From: Antedon mediterranea
Taxonomy: Eukaryota; Animalia; Echinodermata
Direction: 5' to 3'
Assembly (NCBI RefSeq): GCF_964355755.1
Contig: NC_092678.1
Coordinates: forward strand, 20,849,365 to 20,913,364
DNA: 64,000 nt
Shown: one piece after another, positions 26,359 through 36,700 of the stretch
How positions within the stretch are numbered: the first letter of the stretch is position 1
Layout: every line of letters starts with the position of its first letter
Notes under the pieces: model-generated
Databases searched by the model: none
The model's input: the letters and a program-made list of their open reading frames with translations, nothing else
Told to the model about the DNA's origin: nothing
Translations under genes and position numbers: made by a program

Positions 26359-29300
26359 CGACACTGACCAAATCTCTAGTATTTTCTAAAGCCTTAATAT
26401 TGGATTTTAATTCTTGATTCTACTGTAATAATAGATTTATTTTAGTTTTTAGTTTCATAGAGTATTTTTAATGTAAAGCTCTGTTTACACTATCAAACTG
26501 GTTTGACAAAAAAGATGTGCCCAAATATGGTAGTGCTATGCTTCAATATGGTCGTGATATACTTAAATATGGAAGTGATATGCTTAAATATGGAAGTAAT
26601 ATGACATCATCATGGTCATATATGGGTACATAACATTTTTTTGTCACATAAAAATTGATAGTGTAGAGAGAACTTAATAATAATATACATATTTGTATTT
26701 AGGTCTCAAAATAATGATTATATTTTTAACCAATTTGTGGTGAAAATCATATAATCCATTACAGTAGACAAGGGGACACCTTGAGGACCAAACAAAATGT
26801 CTACTGAATAGAGGTTGGTCATACGTGTAAAGCCTGGTTTCCATTAAAATCGCTACAGTGTTTCCATTAAAATCGCTACACGCGCAGCTGTCGCCGACGC
26901 AATCAGGAAGGCTCCCCGATTCATTGCAGTAAAATCGGCAAAGTTCAACCATGTTCAACTTTGCCGATTTTGTTGGCGATGAATCGTATACGCGTACCAA
27001 AGAATATTTAATACTCGTCGCGTACTAGATCCCCGATAAATTCTAGCGTTTCCATAGAATCGCTACGCTCTGTCGTGTAGCGATTTTATGGAAACCAGGC
27101 TTTAGACAACATGTTTCCCCTTGTTTGTTTCACAGGAAATGGTCCCTTAAAAGGTGTACCCTATGTAAGGGTTCTACTCTAGTACTCTATCACTGTGTGT
27201 TGCTTTTAACAATATTGAAACTATTTTGTGGGTGAACATTATTATGCACAATTCAGACTTATAAAAAGAAATTGATAATCATATTTTCAATTAAAACTGT
27301 ACAGTATAATAATAATTATAATCTATATAATGATTTCTTTGAAATCTATTGCCTGACAACTTACAGAAAACAATAGATTACTTTTAACAATAATGAAACT
27401 ATTATGTGGGTGAACATTATTATGCACAAGTCAGACTTGTAAAAAGAAATTGGTAAGATTCATATTTTCAATTAAAACTGTACAGTATAATAATAATTAA
27501 AATCTATATAATGATTTCTTTGAAATCTATTGCCTGACAACTTACAGAAAACAATAGATTGCTTTTAAACAATAATGAAACTATTATGTGGGTGAACATT
27601 ATTATGCACAAGTCAGACTTGTAAAAAGAAATTGGTAAGATTCATATTTTCAACTAAAACTGTACAGTATAATAATAATTATAATCTATATAATGATTTC
27701 TTTGAAATCCATTGCCTGTCAACTTACAGAAAACAATAGATTGCTTTTAACAATAATGAAACTATTATGTGGGTGAACATTATTATGCACAAGTCAGACT
27801 TGTAAAAAGAAATTGGTAAGATTCATATTTTCAACTAAAACTGTACAGTATAATAATAATTATAATCTATATAATGATTTCTTTGAAATCCATTGCCTGT
27901 CAACTTACAGAAAACAATAAATTTAATAATTGACCATGCAATGTCTGTGGTTGAAACTTTCTATGAAAATTCATTGATCTAATATTGATGCAAGTCTAAT
28001 TTATTACCATTTTAAATCATTTATTATAACAAAAAGAACATTATATTTTATCTAGAGGCTAAATAAATCTCCTTGGCAAAAATAAATTAAAAGGAGACTA
28101 AATGCATTGTTAAATCAATTTAATAATTAAAAGAATCAATGTAATAAATTCTTTTAAAGTCTCCTTAATTTACGACTTATGTAGAACCAGTACTTTAGTG
28201 ATTTTAGCAGCTTTCTCTGTTTCATTTTGAAAGATTTGTCTTTTGTGTCTTTTTTGCTCTAATTTTTGTATTTTACTGCAGAAACTTTTTTTATCACAAG
28301 TTAAGTATAAACATGTTTAAGTATATAAACATATTTAACTATAAACATGTTTACGTATGAACACGTTTATAATATCTTGAATAAGTTTAAGACAACCATA
28401 AATTTAATGGAACTATCACCGCATAAATTTGTTTCCAGGCATTTGCAGATGCTTTGCTTCATAGTCTATGCAAGTCCCTAGGCCTAAACAAAATAGGATT
28501 GACTATCTGCCAATCAAGATTTAAAAACAACTCGATGCTAAAGGTCTGAGAACATTAATCCAGGAACAGTTTTACCAACTCCACCTGCCATAACAGGTCC
28601 TTATATGAACGATGACCCCTGTACTGTTCTTTAGAATTGATCACATCTCTTCAACTTTTGTAATGGTAGAGAACAACAAACCTGTCTGCAAAATTTCAAT
28701 AATATAACTACTTTAATGGTGATGTGTAATTGGACCTGTAGTAGATAAGTTATTTTAAGGAACTGTATCTAAACTACTATGGTACAATATTTTTAGTCTA
28801 TGGTACAATATTTCTACTACAACTTCCATAATATTACTGCAGTATTTAAACTTTTCTCCCAAAGTTAAAATGAATTTCAATCAACTTGTTTCTTCTTACA
28901 AACGTTTTTCCTTTCAGAATTTAGTACTTTGATGCATTTTAAGATAATATTGTTTTAATTTATTGAGATTAATTTGGCTTCTTAGTGTTCGCTAAATACT
29001 TCTTCCTAAAAGTTGTGCATTTCAGATTGAAAATGTGCATACCTTATTAATGAAACAGATAATCTTTAGGACGCACTTTAAAGACATTTAAGCTTCACAA
29101 TTAAAATGAGCAGAGTCTCTTATTTAATTATTAAGTAATTAATAATAACTCGTCTTTTCAGATATTTAGTCCTCAACTTTTTAAACAATCATAATATGGG
29201 TTTTATTTTTTGTCAATTTTTATATGTTTTTTCAATAAAAAGTTTAAATGTCCATATGTGGATTTTTTTTGTATTATTTACGCATAAGAGTGAGTCAATT

Positions 29301-31613
29301 TGGGGAAGAAGACTGGATTATTAATCAATCATGTTGAAACTTAATTAATAAAAACATATTTGAGTTTCTTTTATTGTAGGTACCGGCTCAAAGATACCAA
29401 TCAAATCAAGTCCATACTTCGGAAATCTCAGAAAGAGACAAATGTCACATGGTACCCTAAAGAAAGAGAAAAGACTGACACGAAAGACTGACAATGTGCA
29501 GACGTATTTTGGAAACTGTGCACCAGATGAATCAAAAACAGCTTCATGTCGTGAGAACGCTGCTAAACCTAAAGAGAAACAAATATTTTGTCTCAGGAAG
29601 AGAAGAATATCACGAAGTGAAGACTCTGATGGATTACAAACGGAGACAAATTCTCGATTACAGAAGAAGCTAAAGTCTGATAGATTGCAGAAAGAGCTAG
29701 ACTCTGGTGGATTGTGGGAACAGCTTGACTCTGATGGATTGCAAACAAAGCCAAATTTTCGATTACAGAAGGAGTTAAAGTCAGATAGATTGCAGCAAGA
29801 GCTAGACTCTGATGGATTGCAAACAGAGGCAAATTCTCGATTACAGAAGGAGTTAAAGTCTGATAGATTGCAAGAAAAGATAAAGTCTGATGGATTGCAG
29901 GAACAGTTAGACTCTGATCGGTTGCAGGCTGAACTGTTATCTGAAGGATCTGAAGGATCGCAAGAGGAACTAAATTCTGATGGATTGCAAGAGGAGCTAA
30001 CATCGAAAGAATGTCAGAAAGATATAAATCTTGATGGATTGCAGATTGAGCTGACATCAGATAGATTTCAGAAGTCATACGACGTTTCAGTTTCATGTAA
30101 AGAAGTCGAAAATACTGAATCGGCAAAGAGACCGATGGCAAGTTATAAAACGGAAACTAATATGTTAATTGGAACCAATTTAGATAGACGAGTGCTATGG
30201 ACACCACCAAAGTCACCATATAATCTTGTACAAGAATCTTTATTTCATGACCCGTGGAAGTTGCTGATTGCCACAATGTTTCTTAATAAAACAAGAGGTA
30301 AAACCGTGTTTTATGAGGGTTTTTATCAGGTTGATCGTGCCATCAAAGTACTGTATTGTAGGCCTAAATCCGCTGGATACACTATTGCACTGTATTCATT
30401 TTCTTTACCCTGATCTAACCGAATGTTGTTTTTTTTTTATATTTATATAGGAGTAGTGGCTATTCCTATACTATGGCAATTCTTTGAATTGTATCCTACT
30501 GCTGACGTAACGCGGAAAGCCGACTGGCAACCGATTGCGAACCTTCTTCAACATCTCGGGTTACATAAAAAACGCGCAAAAATGATCATCAGATTTTCTG
30601 GTATGATATTTTTTTAATCGGTTTCACACAGCCATTCTGCTACATACGGGCTATGATCCAATATTTGCCTTCTATTACAAAAATGTTAAAGTATGGATTT
30701 ACAAATAAATATGTTTACATCTACAAACAGATAAGTAAGATGCATTCACTTAACGAACTGTAGGTCCACTGTTCTGTAGTTTAATTGCCGTATTTATTGA
30801 CACGACTTCCTGTATACACTGTGGTTATTCTAGAAATTATATTGTAGTTACGAAAGTATAGGCCGATGACCTATTTTGTATAGACTACGAATAATTCTTA
30901 GTATTTCGTAACTTGAAACAACATTTTGATTTATCCTTTTGGTGATCATGTTAAAGGAGGCCTAATATATTATTTTTGTTTAATGAAATGGCGAAATAAT
31001 TGAAATGAACTCTTTAAATATTTTTTTTTATTTCTATATTTATTTTTGATGTAGATGAATTTTTAGAGAAAGACTGGGAAAATGCTGATGAATTACATGG
31101 TATTGGGAAATATGGTAATGACTCATATAAAATATTTTGTCTTGGAAAATGGAAAGAGGTATAGTGAAATCTTGCATTTTGTCGTACGCTACGTGCTAAT
31201 CGCTGATTTAATAATAGATAAAGCTCTGTCTACACTATCAAACTTTATATGACAAAAATGAATTTATGGACACGATGATGTCATATTATTTGAGCATATC
31301 ACTACCATATTTGGGCATATTACTACCATATTTGAGCATATCACTACCATATTTGAGCATATCACTACCATATTTTGGCATATCACTACCATATTTGGGC
31401 ATATTACTACCATATTTTTTGTCAAACTAGTTTGATAGTGTAGAAAGAGCTTTATAGTAGATGTTTAAATTAATTCAAGTTAACATAATGTTATATTACA
31501 TAATAATAATTTTATTGGTTGTAATTTATTTTTAGGTTCATCCAAATGACAATTTTCTGAATAAATATCATGATTGGTTGTGGACCAAATACAAGGAATT
31601 AGGCTTGGAATAA
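24546..31613 (+). CDS. MBD4: MBD4-type methyl-CpG-binding DNA glycosylase (long isoform of an MBD4/MeCP2 gene)
   Basis: Exons 24546-24583, 25223-25681, 25947-26185, 29380-30297, 30451-30600, 31055-31158, 31536-31613, all phases compatible. MBD: [39 protein letters not shown]...DFDFTVRG. Glycosylase: [32 protein letters not shown] and the HhH motif [12 protein letters not shown] with the catalytic Asp. Confidence 0.92.
24690..25115. repeat. Low-complexity CTAG / AGGCCT palindrome-rich tract in MBD4 intron 1
   Basis: Dense taggccta, ctagctag and gcctaggc motifs. Confidence 0.6.
26476..26674. mobile_element. MITE family A
   Basis: aagctctgtttacactatcaaa ... ttgatagtgtagagag with internal ~21-bp repeats. 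Confidence 0.7.
26828..27104. mobile_element. MITE (TIR AAAGCCTGGTTTCCA..AAAATCGCTACA), nested in a CAGTAG-type MITE remnant
   Basis: taaagcctggtttccattaaaatcgctaca ... tgtagcgattttatggaaaccaggcttta; the flanks tacagtaga (~26760) and gggttctact (~27170) resemble elements at ~3510-3683 and ~25705. Confidence 0.7.
27200..27920. repeat. ~180-bp tandem repeat, about 4 copies
   Basis: tgaaactatt(a/t)tgtgggtgaacattattatgcacaa...cttacagaaaacaata recurs at ~27216, ~27394, ~27576 and ~27757. Confidence 0.9.
29620..30070 (+). repeat. Coding ~27-nt degenerate repeat (SD[G/R]LQxxLx) in the MBD4 linker
   Basis: The translation shows repeated SDGLQ/SDRLQ/SRLQ units inside exon 29380-30297. Confidence 0.8.
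31221..31452. mobile_element. MITE family A with an internal 21-bp tandem array
   Basis: TA|aagctctgtctacactatcaaact ... agtttgatagtgtagaaagagctt|TA; internal (atatcactaccatatttg(a/g)gc)n. Confidence 0.8.
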
Positions 31614-31923
31614 CTATATATTGCTAATTCCTGGTTTGTGTATTCTGTGGAATATGTTATTACGTCACGGAAGATTGTGTATCCTGCAGCAACCCAATCG
31701 TCATGATCACCAGAGCATTGTGCAAATCCCAAAATGTTTCCCTTCCAGGAACACTACAAATTGGTTTCAATTGTGCGTTTTAAGATATTTTACAGTAGCA
31801 CTACCGTACTTATCTACATTATCTATCTATCTATTTATATATAAATCAATGATGTTGCGTAGCACTGTGTAAATTATATATAAATGTATCTGGTGGGTGA
31901 AAATCTGTGATAATACCATACAT

Positions 31924-31995
31924 GGCTCTGTGGTCTAGTGGTATGATACTCGCCCTGTAAGCGAGAGGTTGCAGGTTCGAATCCCGCCAGAGACA
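31924..31995 (+). tRNA. tRNA-like sequence (tRNA-Pro-like body, anticodon loop CCTGTAA); probable pseudogene or SINE head
   Basis: GGCTCTG/CAGAGAC acceptor stem (1 mismatch), A box TGGTCTAGTGG, anticodon stem CTCGC/GCGAG, B box GGTTCGAATCC, T-stem with one A-C mismatch, followed by a T-run. Confidence 0.55.
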
Positions 31996-33748
31996 TTTTT
32001 TCATACAACTAAAAAATACGGAACTTTCGCCAATGAGCTATGCTCGACGCGATTGTGAGATCATGTTCCGAATATGAGCACTGTTTCTATAATTTACAGT
32101 ATGATTTATATCTATTTATATATCTGTCTGTCTGTTCACATTATGTGCGTAGCCATCAATATGACCATTAGAGCATGACACAATGTTTTGTACTTACCGA
32201 TATAATATCCTACAAAATCTTTGAATATGTTTTCAATATCAAGAATTTTATTCAGTTACCATTTTGGATTTCAATATGGCTAACAAATATATTATTATAC
32301 TACATTATTAAGGGTCTACATAATTCATTCAATAACATTGACAGTATTTAGAAACAGTTCGAGAAATAAAAAAACATACATTAAATTAAATGGTAACAAT
32401 AAAAAATAAGAACTGTTGTTTGAGGGATCGGAAAAGGAAGTGACATGACAAATCATTTGCAAATGTTAGATATATAAAAAATTATAAAATATATTTCATT
32501 TAACAAAAATAACTACGGACAGTATAATTGTATTTAGAAATATATGTTTTTTTTACATATCACTATGAATCATTTATAGGCCTACCTATATTTACTGTTC
32601 ACTGTACTATCAAGTTCGGCCGCCGTCAATCTAACGATCGGTTATAATAATAAAATTGTTTTTAATATTATCGCCATATTAGATGTAGGAGCAGGACTCC
32701 TGAACAATTATTTTATTGTTTTATTTCTTAGAAAAATATTGATAAATATAATATTATTTCATATTTTAATGCTTCCTTATATATGTTGTAAATAATACAT
32801 CATTGTAATTATTTTATTTCATTTTTTCTTTTAAAAACACCCCACTTCCGATCTGGTCGGAAAAAAACAATTAGAAAAAGAAAACAAGTAATTTGATAAT
32901 TCTGTTTACTGTATTATAACAAAGATTGCTACATTCTGTTATAAAAGATTATTGTATTTCTTACAATTTCATCATAACAGAAATGCATAATGTAAACATA
33001 ATCTTAAGATCGGAGCCTTAAGTTAGTTTTCTTTTAAAAATGATATCTTATTATTTTATATTATTTTAAATTTTGGAATTCAAAATGATGGATTTTAAGA
33101 TATTCCCTGCTATTAAAATGTATTTTAGTTATCACTAGATGTGTATAAAGAATTATAAAGAAATGGACTAAAATTGTATAAGTTTGCGGCCATCTTTAAT
33201 TTAGAGATAGCGGCCTTATTTGGGGGCTATTTTTTAGGACCTACTTTTAATTTAAAATTTGATCAGAAATATTTTAAATCCATTTTAGGCCTATAAGACC
33301 AAAATACCGTAATATATTGTTTATCTTTTGAGGAATATGGGAAACTGTATACAAGAGTTTGAAATGAAAAATATAGTATGGAACTTTCGTAGATTCGAAC
33401 GATTTTCATCCCATGACTAAACGGTGTTGATTTATCTTGTCAGGCACCTCTGTGATATTGAGTAAAAAAAACAGGCCAATTGTCGGATGACCTAGAAAAG
33501 ATATTTTGCATAAGTGTAAATATGTTTGATGTTACTGTTAAGAATGAAATGAAAGCAAAATGTAATTAACCTATCAACTGCGTACTGTTTATTATATATT
33601 TCCTGAGAGTACAAGCGACCATTGTATGGGTTTACGGATTTCCTATCTATATAAATTGTACAATGAATAATACATTCCTACTAATCGGACAGACCTCTTT
33701 CTGAGTGGTACGCTGCTGATACTGTTGTGATACTTTTCCAAATGCGAA

Positions 33749-36700
33749 ATGGATATGTCAAATAAGAATAGGTCTATCTTTATTCCATCCGATGAAATTG
33801 ACTTCAGAGAGGTGACTAAACTCGGAAGAGGTTCAACTTCGATTGTCTATAAAGCCATACGAAAAACGAACAATGAAACGATTGAAGTAGCCGTGAAGAT
33901 GTATGACGAAGTATGCGAGAGAGAGATTACCATTCTTAAAGGTCTTCATCACAAAAATATCATAAAATTCTTTGGTCTTCTTGATAGGAAACTGACAGTT
34001 GGTGTTGTCTTAGAATTAGCATCTGATGGTAATTTAGGTCAGTATTTAGCTAGATTTGGACAAGAACGTAAAGATGCTGAAATTCCATCGCGATTACCAG
34101 AATCACAATTTGTTCAGTGGAGTTTAGACATCGCTTCTGCCGTTCAGTACTTACATAAGAAGTACATAATCCACAAAGACATCAAATCCTTGAATTGTTT
34201 GTTAAGTGATAATAAGGAAAACGGGATGAATGTGCTTAAGTTGTGTGATTTTGGGATTTCTAAACAAGTAGATGGTACAAGTACCGTAATTGGGACTGTT
34301 GGAGGGTGTACAAAACGCTGGTCTGCCCCTGAAGTTATCATAGACTCGAAATTGGTTTGTAAAAAATCTGATGTTTATTCACTGTGCGTTGTTTTATGGG
34401 AATTATGGACATGTCAGGCACCATGGGAAGGTGTAGGAGAGTTTGAAATATCATTGAATATAGTAAATGGGATTTTACTGAAGATACCAGAAGACTTTCC
34501 GGATGCATTGCGTCCAATGATTGAAACATGTTGGAGCACAGCAAGAGAACTACGTTACGATATCGATAAAGTGCTAGATTACCTAGGAAGTTTTAAAAAT
34601 TCTTCGATCGACAACGGTAATGTTTTTCATTATTTCATCTGCAGTAAATCGTTGAATATTTAAATATTATGGCCATAAGCCTACAAGAAAGTAAGATCTT
34701 TGTACCACCTTGTATTCTTGCCATTGTTTGGTTAATTTTGATTACATTTCTTTCAGATCGCATAAGAACAACCAGACCAGACCAGTGTTCAAATGAAAAT
34801 CATCATGTAGGCATATCTACAACAGATATCGATGATACACTTCAGAGCAGAGAAGTTATTTCAAAGCCTCTTGGAAATGATACAGTTGAAACGATACCGT
34901 TAACTATTAGCAGACCAGAGAAGAGCCATTCTTTAAATGGGTGTAATTTTGAAAAAGACGAAGAAAACAAAAAGAGTTTTGTACAATCATCAGAAAACTA
35001 TGACGTAGTACCTTACACGGATGAAGTAGTTTATTCATTTGAAGAAATGAATGTTCCTGATTTTGAGCATTTTGAAAGTTTAAATACGTCGGATGTAGAG
35101 AAGGTCACTGATAGCGTTTGTGATACCTATACAAACCACGTCTATGGTATGAATTGCAAAATGTTCCTACGGTTATCTGTAATAACAAGAACAACATTAT
35201 TTTCAATAAATTAATTTCATTTAGATCCAAATATTATGGGAGAGAATTTTGTTTTTCTAACCACGACGAAAGCAAACTGAACATTTGCGAAATGTCGTAA
35301 GTACCATATTTAGTACTTTTCGATCTATTGGATCAAAAAAAGAAAGTAATTCTCTCCTTAGAACAACAGAGAAATGTCTATCACACCACGTCAAGTATTA
35401 TTTTATTGGTAATTCAAATTTAAAACAAATTAAAGTGTTAGAGTATTTATATTGTCTGTTTGTTTAATTTCAGAACGGATACACCCTAAAATAGAAGAAA
35501 TGGAAAGTACAAAGATGTAAGCGTCTTTTTTTTACATAAAAGAGGCCTATAAATTATAAACACTCACACATTTCCAATTTAATTAAACATTTTGTTCTGT
35601 TTTTAATTCACATAGTTTTTTTTATTCGAGAAATAGTATTTCTCGTTATAAGCACGAATTGCAACTCTTCTTAATCCATCAGCATTTTGATATTTAGAAA
35701 GAGAGCCTATAATATCATAAAGTGAGTGAGTGGCCGAGCGGTTAAGACAGTGGAACCGTAATTAAGTAGCCATAACACCGACAAGGGTTCGAGGCTCACT
35801 CGCTCCATGGTCCTGGTGGTAGAACGAGTCTTCTCGGATAAGGACAATAAACCGTAGGTCCAGTGTACACATATAATAGCTCATGCGCACTTTAAAGAAC
35901 CTAGTACATCTTTCGAGACGAGTAGGGGGGTTACCCCGGTGTACTAGTCCACACAAACACAGCCACTGTCACACACAGCCACTGTGCAAATTGGGACTGG
36001 GCCGTTTTAGAGGTGTTTACCAGATCCTTCACTAACTGAGTTAGTGAGAAGTCGAATAAATAAATAAATAAATAGATAGTAGGCCTACATTTTGTTGATT
36101 GATTGATTGTCGATTGATATAAAATTATATTTAGTGTTCAAGAGCATGCCGTTATGCCTAACCTGAAAACACCCGTACCAATAGTGGATGACAATTTTGG
36201 TATGTATTTGGTAAAAATAAAATTTGGTAAATAACTGACTTTTGTTTACTTTAGCAGTCCCTTGTCAATTCTCCAACATTATTAACAAATAACTGTTTCC
36301 ATTCATTTAAAATTCTAAATTGAAACCGATATGTTTATTCTTAAATCTATATTGTGATTATTTTTTGTTATTACAGACGGTATTTGTTCACCACTTACTG
36401 GAAAATTGAATGAGGTAATTTCACATTTCTTCAATTATGGTGTCTAGTAATATACATAAAAAGTACTATTATTAATTTTTTTAAATGTTTCTCATTCCAT
36501 AATGACGATTCTGTCCCACCTTAAATTGTTTTATATCCTCAGGAAATTAATTAGAGAAATCGAAGCAATTGTTGCTATTTATTACTCACTCTGTGTCTGT
36601 TTATTATTTAGGCATTTTCCAAATTGTATGAACATATCGAAGAAAGCTACTCCACTCTAAAACTGGTCAAGGAAGAATTTTTCGATAAAAAGCGGTTTCA

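Noticed and set aside
29593-30141. 182-aa minus-strand ORF
   Set aside because: Antisense shadow of the repetitive MBD4 exon
31924-31995. Functional tRNA-Thr(TGT)
   Set aside because: Pro-like body, missing U33, and mismatches in the acceptor and T stems; kept only as tRNA-like
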